A DNA stretch of 63,018 nt, counting the filler. It is 6 parts of 6 records of this genome, joined end to end, with 100 filler letters (N's around TTAATTAATTAA, not from the genome) between each part and the next. Parts side by side here need not be neighbours in the genome. Positions count along the whole stretch, not along the records: positions 5,332 to 16,613 come from DRR723986_2385; positions 16,714 to 21,780 come from DRR723986_2387; 4 more parts are not named here. One strand, written 5' to 3'. The notes beneath the pieces were generated by a model. That model had not been told where the DNA came from. It did no database searches and was given only the letters and a program-made list of their open reading frames with translations. Both the position numbers and the translations under genes were made by a program. Within the stretch, counting starts at the first letter, position 1; the number at the start of each line of letters is the position of its first letter. Positions 10,136-19,653 of the stretch are shown piece by piece.

Positions 10136-11277
10136 ATAGTAAAGCTGCGCCGCTGCGTGTTTTGGTTGTAGACGATTCCGCCTCGGCGCGGGTGATGCTG
10201 CGCCAGATCATCGAATCCGATCCCGCCCTCGAGGTGCAGGCCTTGGCCGAAGATGCCTTCGCCGCCGCGCGCATTATGGCCAACAGCTTGCCCGATGTGA
10301 TCTTGCTGGATCTTGAAATGCCCAAAATGGATGGCATCACGTTTTTGCGCAAAATCATGGCGCAGCGCCCTTTGCCGGTGGTCATTTGCTCGTCGTTGAA
10401 TGCCGATGGCGCGCGGCGCAGCGTCGAGGCGATGGAGGCGGGCGCCATCGACGTTATCCGCAAGCCCGAAAAAGCAGATCGTGAAAAATTCGAAGAGGCG
10501 CGCGCCACCATTTGTGATGCCTTGATCGCCGCTGCATTAGCTGCGCGCCAGGGGGTGCGGGTTTCGGCCAGGCTGCCTGGGGGCGGGGCAGGGGCGGCAG
10601 CGCCTGTGCCGCTGCGATCCACCCCGCGCCTGTCTGCCGATGAAATCTTGCCCGCCCCCAGCGCCCTGCGGCCACCGCCGCCCACGCAGCCGGTTGTCTG
10701 CATTGGTGCCTCGACCGGCGGCACCGAGGCGCTTAGCCAGATCCTGTGTGATCTACCCCCCGATGCCCCGGCAATCGTGGTGGTGCAGCACATGCCAAAG
10801 GGCTTTACCGCGGCCTTTTCGGCACGGTTAAACGGCCTGGCCCAGATCGAGGTGCTGGAAGCCACCGAGGGGCTGGCGGTGAAACAGGGGCGCTGCATCA
10901 TTGCCGCGGGCGACAGCCATATGTTGCTGCGCCGCAGTGGCACCGCGTATCGGGTCGAGCTATCAAATGGCCCCGCCGTCAGCCGGCACAGGCCATCGGT
11001 TGATGTGTTGTTTCGCAGCGCCGCACAGGCCGCTGGCGCCAATGCCTTGGGCATTTTGCTGACCGGCATGGGCGTGGACGGCGCCCAATGTCTGGGCGAG
11101 ATGATGCGCGCAGGCGCCCATACGATTGCCCAAAACGAAGAAACCTGCGTGGTCTATGGCATGCCGCGCGAGGCGGTGCAGCTGGGCCATGCCCGCCAGG
11201 TGCTGGGCCTGCCCCGCATCAGCGGCGCAATCACCGGATTTGCCCGGCTACATGGCAGCAAAGCCGAGGTGGTATGA
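10132..11277 (+). CDS. cheB: Chemotaxis response regulator protein-glutamate methylesterase CheB
   Basis: Receiver domain (VVDDS, LLDLEMP) plus GASTGG, VQHMP, RPSVDVLF, TGMGVDG. Confidence 0.96.
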   Translation: MNSKAAPLRVLVVDDSASARVMLRQIIESDPALEVQALAEDAFAAARIMANSLPDVILLDLEMPKMDGITFLRKIMAQRPLPVVICSSLNADGARRSVEAMEAGAIDVIRKPEKADREKFEEARATICDALIAAALAARQGVRVSARLPGGGAGAAAPVPLRSTPRLSADEILPAPSALRPPPPTQPVVCIGASTGGTEALSQILCDLPPDAPAIVVVQHMPKGFTAAFSARLNGLAQIEVLEATEGLAVKQGRCIIAAGDSHMLLRRSGTAYRVELSNGPAVSRHRPSVDVLFRSAAQAAGANALGILLTGMGVDGAQCLGEMMRAGAHTIAQNEETCVVYGMPREAVQLGHARQVLGLPRISGAITGFARLHGSKAEVV

Positions 11278-13040
11278 TGCGTGATGGCAGCTTTTTCATC
11301 CCTCAGCCGCAACCCTCTTTGGCTGAAAGCCTGGCATGGATGGGCCAGTTTCGTGCCGCGCTCGAGCAGGTGTTTTCAGAGGCGGGCGACAATCTGGGCC
11401 AGGCCCTGGCCAATTTGGGGGCATTGAGCGGGCAGTTTCGCCAATTGGAAACCACCCTCGGCCCCCAGGCCGAAGCGGCGCTGGTGGGCTTGATCGATGA
11501 GATCACCGCCCATCTGGCCGATCTGCAGGACGATTGCGGCGCTTTTACATCGGTGTCAGATAAGCTGCGCAAATCGGTTGCAGCCATCGCGCAGCAGGTG
11601 CGCGAGCTGGATAATGTGGTGCGCACCATCGCCAATATTTCCATCAATGCGCGCATCCAGGGCAACAGCCTGGTGCCGCCGCGCCCGCAGGTGGTGGCCT
11701 TTATCGAACGGCTGGCGGCGATGTCGCAGGAATCGGAAACGATTTTGGCGGAAATCAACGATGCCATGGCCTCGGTCGGGCTGGATATGGGCGCGATGGC
11801 GGATGGCCAGCGCGATTTGGTGCGCGAATTAACCCAAACCGTCTTTCCCGCGATCGAGGGCTTCACCCGCATGTCGCAGGATATGCACAACAGCCAGGGC
11901 GATATTCAGCAGGCCTCGGCCGAGCTGGCAGGCCAGGCGCAAAAGATCGAGGCGCAGGTGGGGCAGCTGATTGTGGCGCTGCAAATCGGCGATTCCACGC
12001 GCCAGCGTCTGGAACGGGCCGAAGACACGCTGGGCCAGGCCATGGCGCAAGAAGACACCGGGGTGAAACCGCTGGCGCATCTGGCACTGGCGCTTGAACA
12101 GGGGGCGCTGGGCGCCGCCGAGGGCCAGCTGACGCAGGCCCTGGATGCGTTGCGCGCCTTGGGCCAGCACGCCCGCGCGGTGCTGTCTGGCCCGGCCACA
12201 GCTGCGATCACCGGCAATGCATTCCTGGCCCAAACCGCCCCCCACAACGCCCGCCAACGGCTGGCCAAAAGCCTGCAGGTGAACGACCAGCGCTTTGCCG
12301 CGCTCAAAACGCGGGCGGGTGCGGTGCAAGAGCGGCTTGGCGTGATCTTGCGCCACGAGGCCACGCTGCGCCGCATCGCGCAGGAAATTCGCCTGTCTGG
12401 GGTGAATGCGGTGATCATCTGCGCGAAACTGGGCGAAGATGGCCGGGCCTTGCGCGAATTGGCCCATTGGCTGCGCGATCTGACCGATGCCAGCGATGCG
12501 ATCATCGCGCATTTGCAGGGCATTCTAGCGCAGGCGCGCGACAGCCTGCATCAGCTGACCGAGGCGCGCATTGGCCGGCTCGAGCAGCTGTTGCAGATCT
12601 TTGCGCAGGCCTCGGAAAATCTGGACCACTTGTTGCAAGGGGCCGCCGCCGATGTGGGCAAAACCGCCAAAGAATTTGCCCATAGCGCGGTGGTATTGCC
12701 GCAGCATTTGTCTAATGCCACCGATTTGCTGGACGGGTTGCAGGCCCAAATCGCCCAGAGGCGCCCCGCCCAGGCGCAGCTGGAACAGGGCCTGGCGCTG
12801 ATGCCCCAGCCCCTGCCCGAAACGCTGGGCGCCGCCCCGCTTGGCCCGGTTTTGCAGCAGCTTTATGCGCTTTATACCATGCAGGCTGAACGCCAGATTC
12901 ACAGCCAGGTCATTGATGGCTATACCCAGCCTGTGCCCGATGCCCCCCAACCTGCCCCCCAACCTGCGCGCAAGGCGGTGCCAGCCCCGCCGCCTGAGCC
13001 CACCGGGGAAAATGACGATCTGGAAGATATTTTCTTTTAA
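11274..13040 (+). CDS. Uncharacterised soluble coiled-coil chemotaxis protein (degenerate MCP-like, CheZ-like motifs), 588 aa
   Basis: ATGA overlap with cheB; no TM; two degenerate MCP-tip motifs, GDSTRQ motif, Pro-rich linker and DDLEDIFF tail. Confidence 0.75.
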   Translation: MMRDGSFFIPQPQPSLAESLAWMGQFRAALEQVFSEAGDNLGQALANLGALSGQFRQLETTLGPQAEAALVGLIDEITAHLADLQDDCGAFTSVSDKLRKSVAAIAQQVRELDNVVRTIANISINARIQGNSLVPPRPQVVAFIERLAAMSQESETILAEINDAMASVGLDMGAMADGQRDLVRELTQTVFPAIEGFTRMSQDMHNSQGDIQQASAELAGQAQKIEAQVGQLIVALQIGDSTRQRLERAEDTLGQAMAQEDTGVKPLAHLALALEQGALGAAEGQLTQALDALRALGQHARAVLSGPATAAITGNAFLAQTAPHNARQRLAKSLQVNDQRFAALKTRAGAVQERLGVILRHEATLRRIAQEIRLSGVNAVIICAKLGEDGRALRELAHWLRDLTDASDAIIAHLQGILAQARDSLHQLTEARIGRLEQLLQIFAQASENLDHLLQGAAADVGKTAKEFAHSAVVLPQHLSNATDLLDGLQAQIAQRRPAQAQLEQGLALMPQPLPETLGAAPLGPVLQQLYALYTMQAERQIHSQVIDGYTQPVPDAPQPAPQPARKAVPAPPPEPTGENDDLEDIFF

Positions 13041-13067
13041 AAACAGGTGGTTTTACGGCAATCTTGT

Positions 13068-13100
13068 GGGGCAGGGCAGGTTTTTCTGCCTTGCCCCTTT
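13068..13100 (+). terminator. Probable Rho-independent terminator of the che operon
   Basis: GGGGCAGGGCAG / CTGCCTTGCCCC stem (one G-U pair) followed by TTT. Confidence 0.6.
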
Positions 13101-13147
13101 CCTTGCGCAAGACAGCGGTTAATCTGGCGCCAAAGCGGAGATATGCC

Positions 13148-14578
13148 ATGACCGATAAGCGCCCACAGGGGCTAGACCCTGCCAGCCCCGATGCCTTTCG
13201 TCAGGCGGCGCATCAGGTGTTGGACGCCTGTCTTGACCAGCTGTTTGCGGCAGCCCAGCACCCCTGGCAGCCCGTGCCTGCCGATGTGGTGGCGCGCTAT
13301 CAAATCACCGGCGCATCGATCGGGGAACAGGCGCTGGCCGCGCGATTGGTGCAAGATGTCTTGCCCTATGGCACCGGCAACACCCACCCGCGGTTTTTTG
13401 GCTGGGTGCATGGCACCGGGCTGGCTGTGGGGCTGATGTCGGAATTGGTGGCAGCCACCATGAATGCCAATGTCGGCGGCCGCGATCATGGGGCGGTTTA
13501 CACCGAACGCGCGGTGATCGATTGGGCGCGCGGTGTTTTTGGCTTTCCGCAAGGGGCCAGCGGCGTGCTGGTCAGTGGCACCAGCCAGGCCACGGTGATT
13601 GCGCTAGCGGCGGCGCGGGTGCGCGCCTTGGGGGCGGATGTGCGCAAAACCGGGCAGGGCGGGCGGCGCCTGGTCGCCTATGCCGGGGCAGGGGTGCATA
13701 ATGCCACCAAAAAGGCGATCGAGCTGTTGGGCATTGGCGCGGATAATCTGCGCGCCATTCCCGAAACCGATCAGGGCATGGATCTGGCCGCGCTCGCGGC
13801 GGCTGTGGCGGCAGATCGTGCGGCGGGGGCTGTGCCATTTGCCGTGGTGGGCACCGCAGGTTCGGTTGATCTGGGGCGCTTTGATGATTTGAACCGCCTG
13901 GCTGATCTGGCGGCAAAACATGGGCTTTGGCTGCATGTGGATGGGGCATTTGGGGCCTGGGCGCGGCTGGCTGGCGCCCCGTGGGATGGGCTGGTGGCGG
14001 GGATCGAGCGCGCCGATAGCCTGGCCTGTGATTTTCACAAATGGATGTATGTGCCCTATGATTGCGGCATGGTTTTGCTGCGCAACGAGGACGAACACCG
14101 CGCCGCTTTCGCCGCGCGCCCCTCGTATCTGCAGGGCCAAGACCGGGGTTTGGCCGGGGGCGACCCGTGGTTTTGCGACTATGGCATTGATCTGTCGCGG
14201 GGCAACCGCGGCCTAAAGGTATGGGCGGCGCTGATGGCCTATGGGCCCGATCGTTTGGGCGCAGCCATCGCTGACAATTGCGAGCGTGCCGCGCAAATGG
14301 GGCAGTTGGTGCAGGCCAGCCCGCATATGGCGCTGATGGCGCCGGTGGTGTCGAACCTGTGCGTATTTACCGCCGATACCCGCCTGCCACCGGCCGAACA
14401 AAGCGCGCTGAACACAAAGATCGCCCAAGATCTGCAATTGGCAGGCGAGGCAGTATTTTCTACCGTTACGCTGAACGGCATCACCGCCTTGCGCGCAGCG
14501 ATCACCAACCATCGCACCCGGCCAGAGGATATTACCCTGGCCATCGCCGCTGTCGAACGCGCGCGCGCGGGCGGCTAG
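13148..14578 (+). CDS. Group II PLP-dependent amino-acid decarboxylase (aromatic/glutamate decarboxylase family)
   Basis: HPRFFGWV, WLHVDGAFG, DFHKW (PLP lysine), LRAAITNHRT. Confidence 0.88.
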   Translation: MTDKRPQGLDPASPDAFRQAAHQVLDACLDQLFAAAQHPWQPVPADVVARYQITGASIGEQALAARLVQDVLPYGTGNTHPRFFGWVHGTGLAVGLMSELVAATMNANVGGRDHGAVYTERAVIDWARGVFGFPQGASGVLVSGTSQATVIALAAARVRALGADVRKTGQGGRRLVAYAGAGVHNATKKAIELLGIGADNLRAIPETDQGMDLAALAAAVAADRAAGAVPFAVVGTAGSVDLGRFDDLNRLADLAAKHGLWLHVDGAFGAWARLAGAPWDGLVAGIERADSLACDFHKWMYVPYDCGMVLLRNEDEHRAAFAARPSYLQGQDRGLAGGDPWFCDYGIDLSRGNRGLKVWAALMAYGPDRLGAAIADNCERAAQMGQLVQASPHMALMAPVVSNLCVFTADTRLPPAEQSALNTKIAQDLQLAGEAVFSTVTLNGITALRAAITNHRTRPEDITLAIAAVERARAGG

Positions 14579-15045
14579 ACGCTGGCCTCTTTGACAGATT
14601 GCATGGAAACATGGGTCGAGGTCGAGGCGACATAGGGCAGGGCCGATATCACCTCGCCCAGCACCTGGCGATAGCTTTGGATATCGCGGGTGCGCACCTT
14701 GATCAGGTAGTCGAAACTGCCCGCGATCATATGGCATTGCTCGATTTCGGGCACTTTCAGCACCGCATTGTTAAAGGCTGACAGCGCTTTTTCTGTGGTT
14801 TCGCTCAGCTTGACCTCGGCAAAGGCCACATGTTCCAGCCCCAGTTTCTGCGGGTTCAACACGGCGCGAAACCCGGCGATATAGCCCTGATCCTGCAGGC
14901 GCTTTACACGCACCTGCGCGGGGCTTTTCGACAGGCCCACACGGCGCGCCAGATCGGCGATCGACATGCGCCCGTCCATCGACAATTCGCGCAGAATCTT
15001 TTGGTCGATCCGGTCTAATTCATCGGGGGTTGCGCCAAAGATCAT
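14575..15045 (-). CDS. putR: Lrp/AsnC-family regulator, divergent from putA (PutR)
   Basis: LDRIDQKIL..GRMSIADLARRVGLSKSP HTH; CHMIAGSFDYL; position opposite putA. Confidence 0.85.
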   Translation of the reverse strand: MIFGATPDELDRIDQKILRELSMDGRMSIADLARRVGLSKSPAQVRVKRLQDQGYIAGFRAVLNPQKLGLEHVAFAEVKLSETTEKALSAFNNAVLKVPEIEQCHMIAGSFDYLIKVRTRDIQSYRQVLGEVISALPYVASTSTHVSMQSVKEASV

Positions 15046-15239
15046 ATTCTCGCCCTTAAAAATGCCAATAATAAAGACTATCGTTTTGCATAAAGGAAAT
15101 CAACAGGACAAACGCCTGTGAAAATGGCGCTATTCTATTGCTGAACGGGCCAAAAGGCTGGATATACCGCATCAGGCCAGCCTGCCGCCCGCTTTCCACC
15201 TTTTTGCAGCCCCCCCGCGGGCTTTTTCAGGATGCCGCC

Positions 15240-16613
15240 ATGACCCGTTTGCCCGCCCTGCGTTCTGCCATGAGCGCCGCCCGCCATATCGATGAAGATG
15301 CCCAGCTTGCCCGCCTGCAGCAGGCCCATGCCCCCAGTGCCGCGCAACGCGCTGCGGCCCATGACAGGGCGTGCGCGCTGGTGCGCGATATTCGCGGCGC
15401 CGACACCCCTGGGCTGATGGAGGTGTTTTTGTCGGAATATGGGCTGTCGACCAAAGAGGGCGTGGCGCTGATGTGCCTGGCCGAGGCGCTGCTGCGGGTG
15501 CCTGACCGCGAAACCATGGATGACCTGATCGAAGATAAGATTGCGCCATCGGAATGGGGGGCGCATCTGGGGCGCTCGTCCTCGTCTTTGGTGAATGCCT
15601 CGACCTGGGCATTGATGCTGACGGGCAAAGTGCTGCAAGAGGAACAATCGCCGGGCTTGGTGCATGTGTTGCACGGGGCCATAAAACGCCTGGGCGAGCC
15701 TGTTATCCGCTCGGCTGTGGCGCGGGCGATGAAGGAATTGGGCCAGCAATTTGTGTTGGGCCAAACCATTTCCGAGGCGGTCAAACGCGGCCAGGCGCGC
15801 GCCAAGCTGGGCTATACCTATTCCTATGACATGTTGGGCGAAGCGGCGCTGACGGCCGAAGACGCGGCCAGCTATCACGCGGCCTATGCCGATGCGATTG
15901 CGCAGCTGGCGGCGCAGTGCGTGTCTGAAGATATCCGTGCAAACCCCGGAATTTCCATCAAATTATCGGCCATTCACCCGCGCTATGAAGAGGGCAAGAA
16001 AGCCCGCGTTATGGCCGAGCTGGTGCCCGCCACGCTAGAGCTGGCATTGCTGGCGCGCAATGCAGGCATGGGGCTGAATATCGATGCAGAAGAGGCAGAC
16101 AGGCTGGATCTGTCGCTGGATGTGATCGAGGCGGTGCTGCGCGACCCGCGGCTGGCCGGCTGGGATGGGTTTGGCGTGGTGGTGCAGGCCTATGGAAAAC
16201 GCGCCCCCGAGGTGCTGGATTGGCTTTACGCCTTGGCAGATAGCCTTGATCGCAAAATCATGGTGCGCCTGGTCAAAGGCGCCTATTGGGATAGCGAGAT
16301 CAAGCGCGCGCAGGTGGAGGGGCTGAAAACCTTTCCGGTCTACACCCGCAAGGTGGCAACCGACGTGTCTTATCTGTGCTGCGCCTCGAAACTGCTGGGT
16401 ATGACCGATCGGATCTATCCGCAATTTGCCACCCATAACGCCCATACCGTGGCCGCAATTCTAGAAATGGCAGCGGATCAGACCGACAGTTTCGAATTCC
16501 AGCGCTTGCATGGCATGGGCGAGGCGCTGCACGAATTGGTGCGCAAAACCGCGCAAACCCGCTGCCGCATTTATGCCCCTGTGGGCGCGCATCGCGATTT
16601 GCTGGCCTATCTG
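15240..16613 (+). CDS. putA: Bifunctional proline dehydrogenase/P5C dehydrogenase PutA, 3'-truncated
   Basis: EGVALMCLAEALLRVPD, YSYDMLGEAA, RLVKGAYWDSEIK, QFATHNAHT, FQRLHGMGE. Confidence 0.96.
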
Positions 16614-16713
16614 NNNNNNNNNNNNNNNNNNNNNNNNNNNNNNNNNNNNNNNNNNNNTTAATTAATTAANNNNNNNNNNNNNNNNNNNNNNNNNNNNNNN
16701 NNNNNNNNNNNNN
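16614..16713. other. Artificial contig-joining spacer
   Basis: N run + TTAATTAATTAA + N run. Confidence 0.98.
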
Positions 16714-16720
16714 GGGGGGT

Positions 16721-16770
16721 GCGGGGGGCAGAGCCCCCCGCGGGTCGTCGCCGCAAGGCGGCGAAACCCC
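16721..16770. repeat. GC-rich tandem hairpins (REP-like) at the contig edge upstream of dnaN
   Basis: GCGGGGGGC-AGA-GCCCCCCGC perfect inverted repeat, then TCGTCGCC-GCAA-GGCGGCGA. Confidence 0.5.
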
Positions 16771-16918
16771 GAAACTCCCGCGCCGCGCCGCTCTTTATCG
16801 GGTTTTTTCCACCCGCCCCATTGACGTCGGCCCGGCATTGGGGACACTCGAAAAAACACTTGTGCTTGCGGGCAGACAGGCTACCCTCACCGCCCCGCAT
16901 ACCGTCGGAGCCAGGGAC

Positions 16919-18037
16919 ATGAAAATCAGTATCGAACGCGCGGCGCTGCTTAAGGCCGTATCGCAGGCCCAGTCCGTTGTGGAACGCCGCAACACCATCC
17001 CGATCCTGGCCAATGTGCTGATCGAAGCCGAAGGCGACACCGCCAGTTTCCGTGCGACCGACCTTGATATCGAGGTGGTGGACAAGACCTCCGCCGTGGT
17101 CGAACGCCCAGGTGCCACGACCGTCTCTGCCGTCACCCTGCACGAGATCGTGCGCAAGCTGCCCGACGGTGCTCTGGTGCAGCTGTCCGATGACGGCACC
17201 TCCGGCCGATTGGAAGTGAACGCCGGCCGGTCCTCCTTCCAGCTGGCGACCCTCCCGCGTGAGGATTTTCCGGTCATGACCTCCTCGGAATACAGCGCCA
17301 ATTTCTCGGCCAAGGCACCCGATCTGCGGCGTCTCTTCGACAAGTCGAAATTCGCCATCTCGACCGAGGAAACCCGCTATTACCTCAACGGCGTCTACAT
17401 GCATGTGGCCCAGGGCGAAAACGGTCAGGCGCTGCGCTGTGTGGCGACCGATGGCCACCGGCTGGCCCGCGTCGACATGCCCCTGCCACAGGGTGCCGAG
17501 AACATGCCCGGTGTTATCGTCCCCCGCAAGACGGTGGGGGAACTACGCAAGCTGCTGGACGATGACGAGATGAAGATTGCGGTGTCCGTCTCGGAAACCA
17601 AGGTGCGTTTCGCGACCCCCGACATCACCCTGACCTCCAAGGTCATCGACGGCACCTTCCCCGATTACACCCGCGTCATTCCAATGGGCAACACCCGCCG
17701 GATGGAGGTCGATGCCAGCGAGTTTGCCAAGGCGGTCGACCGCGTGGCGACGGTGTCATCCGAACGGTCCCGCGCGGTGAAACTGTCGCTGGACGAAGAC
17801 CGCTTGGTTCTGTCGGTGAACGCCCCCGACAGCGGCGCGGCGGAGGAAGAGCTTGCCGTGGCCTATGGCGATGAAAAGCTGGAGATCGGGTTCAATGCCA
17901 AATACCTGCTGGAAATCGCCAGCCAGGTGGACCGCGAAAACGCCGTGTTCCTGTTCAATTCCTCCGGCGATCCGACCCTGATGCGCGAAGGCAATGATAC
18001 CAGTGCGGTGTATGTCGTGATGCCGATGCGTGTCTGA
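16919..18037 (+). CDS. dnaN: DNA polymerase III beta sliding clamp
   Basis: VERRNTIPIL, ATDLD, RYYLNG, ATDGHRL, FPDY, VVMPMRV. Confidence 0.98.
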   Translation: MKISIERAALLKAVSQAQSVVERRNTIPILANVLIEAEGDTASFRATDLDIEVVDKTSAVVERPGATTVSAVTLHEIVRKLPDGALVQLSDDGTSGRLEVNAGRSSFQLATLPREDFPVMTSSEYSANFSAKAPDLRRLFDKSKFAISTEETRYYLNGVYMHVAQGENGQALRCVATDGHRLARVDMPLPQGAENMPGVIVPRKTVGELRKLLDDDEMKIAVSVSETKVRFATPDITLTSKVIDGTFPDYTRVIPMGNTRRMEVDASEFAKAVDRVATVSSERSRAVKLSLDEDRLVLSVNAPDSGAAEEELAVAYGDEKLEIGFNAKYLLEIASQVDRENAVFLFNSSGDPTLMREGNDTSAVYVVMPMRV

Positions 18038-18042
18038 GGGGG

Positions 18043-18094
18043 ACGATTTTTGAAAAATCGTGCCTCCGGCGGGAGTATTTGAACCAAGAAGAAG
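18043..18094. repeat. Intergenic palindrome plus REP-like element between dnaN and recF
   Basis: ACGATTTTT-G-AAAAATCGT followed by GCCTCCGGCGGGAGTATTTGAACCAAGAAGAAG, which resembles Rhodobacteraceae intergenic repeats (from memory). Confidence 0.45.
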
Positions 18095-18103
18095 GAGAGG
18101 CGC

Positions 18104-19222
18104 ATGGCGGGCACGTATGTGCGGGCGCTGAGCCTCTCGCATTTCCGATCCCATAGACGGGCAGCGATGGCGCTGGACGGGCGGCCCGTGGCGCTCTTTG
18201 GTCCCAATGGCGCGGGCAAGACCAATATCCTTGAAGCAGTTTCGCTGCTGTCCCCCGGGCGCGGCTTGCGGCGCGCGGCGGCCGAGGAAATGGCGCGCAG
18301 GCCCGAAGCGCTCGGCTGGAAGATCAGGGCCGAACTCGTGACCGGTGACCGGTTTCACGAACTGGAGATGGGGGCCGAGGCGGGGCAATCCCGCAGCCTC
18401 AGGATCGACGGCAAGTCCGAACCCCAACTGGCGCTGGCAGGGCTCGCGCGGATCGTCTGGCTGATCCCGGCGCAGGACCGGTTGTGGATCGAGGGGGCCG
18501 AGGGGCGGCGGCGATTTCTCGACCGGATGACCATGAGCTTTTTCCCCGATCACGGCGAGGCCGTGCTGACCCACGAAAAGGCCATGCGCGAACGCAACCG
18601 GATGCTGAAAGACATGGTGCGCGATGCCATGTGGTTCGAGGCCGTCGAAGCGCAGATGTCGGGTGCCGCAGCGCGGATCGTCCACCACCGGGCCCAAGCG
18701 GTGGCACGTCTGGCTGCCGCGCAGGATGGGGCCGAGACCGCCTTTCCCGCCGCGACCCTGACCTTGATGGAGGGAGAGGGAAGCGAAGGATTGACCACGG
18801 CGGATGACTTCGCCACCGCGCATATGCAGTCCCGTGCCCGCGACATGGCCGCAGGCCGCAGCCTCATCGGACCGCATCGCAGCGATCTGGGGGCGATCTA
18901 CACCACCAAACAGACCGAAGCGCGGCTTTGCTCCACGGGTGAACAGAAGGCGCTGCTGATCTCGCTGATCCTTGCCAATGCCCGCGCACTGAAGGCCGAG
19001 ACCGGGACCGCGCCGCTTGTGCTGCTGGACGAGGTTGCGGCGCATCTGGACGCAGGCCGTCGTGCATCGCTGTTCGACGAGATCTGTGCGCTTGGTGGGC
19101 AAGCATGGATGACCGGCACAGGGCCGGAACTGTTCGCGGAACTGGTCGACCGGGCGCAGGCGTTTGAAGTAACCGAAACGGATGGGCAATCCGCCGTCCG
19201 GGAATGGGAGGGTTTGTCATGA
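18104..19222 (+). CDS. recF: DNA replication/repair protein RecF
   Basis: Walker A GPNGAGKTN, GPHRSDL, CSTGEQK, LLDEVAAHLD. Confidence 0.97.
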   Translation: MAGTYVRALSLSHFRSHRRAAMALDGRPVALFGPNGAGKTNILEAVSLLSPGRGLRRAAAEEMARRPEALGWKIRAELVTGDRFHELEMGAEAGQSRSLRIDGKSEPQLALAGLARIVWLIPAQDRLWIEGAEGRRRFLDRMTMSFFPDHGEAVLTHEKAMRERNRMLKDMVRDAMWFEAVEAQMSGAAARIVHHRAQAVARLAAAQDGAETAFPAATLTLMEGEGSEGLTTADDFATAHMQSRARDMAAGRSLIGPHRSDLGAIYTTKQTEARLCSTGEQKALLISLILANARALKAETGTAPLVLLDEVAAHLDAGRRASLFDEICALGGQAWMTGTGPELFAELVDRAQAFEVTETDGQSAVREWEGLS

Positions 19223-19653
19223 CTCCGCAGCGCATCACCCTTGTCACCCTCGGTGTCGCCGACATGGCGCGGTCACGCGCGTTCTATGAGACGCTTGGCT
19301 GGGAAAGGCACCCCGAAAGCCAGAAGGCGGTGACGTTCTATCAGGCCAACGGATTTGCCTTCGGGCTGTTCGGGTTAGAGGATCTGGCGAAGGATCAGGG
19401 GCGGCCAGACGCACAGCTTGGGACAGGGGCTGCAACCCTCGCCCAGACCTTTGCAACCGAGGCCGAGGTGGACGCCGCCTATTCCCGCGCCCTGACCGCC
19501 GGTGCAACAGCGCTGAAAGCCCCGGAAAAGGTGTTCTGGGGCGGCTATTCGGGCTATTTCGCAGACCCGGACGGGCATGTGTGGGAACTTGCGATGAACC
19601 CGTTCTGGCCTCTGAACGCCGATGGCAGCCTGACCTTGCCCAATGCGGATTGA
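19219..19653 (+). CDS. VOC/glyoxalase-family protein
   Basis: ITLVTLGVADM..FY, FWGGYSGYFADPDGHVWE. Confidence 0.88.
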   Translation: MTPQRITLVTLGVADMARSRAFYETLGWERHPESQKAVTFYQANGFAFGLFGLEDLAKDQGRPDAQLGTGAATLAQTFATEAEVDAAYSRALTAGATALKAPEKVFWGGYSGYFADPDGHVWELAMNPFWPLNADGSLTLPNAD

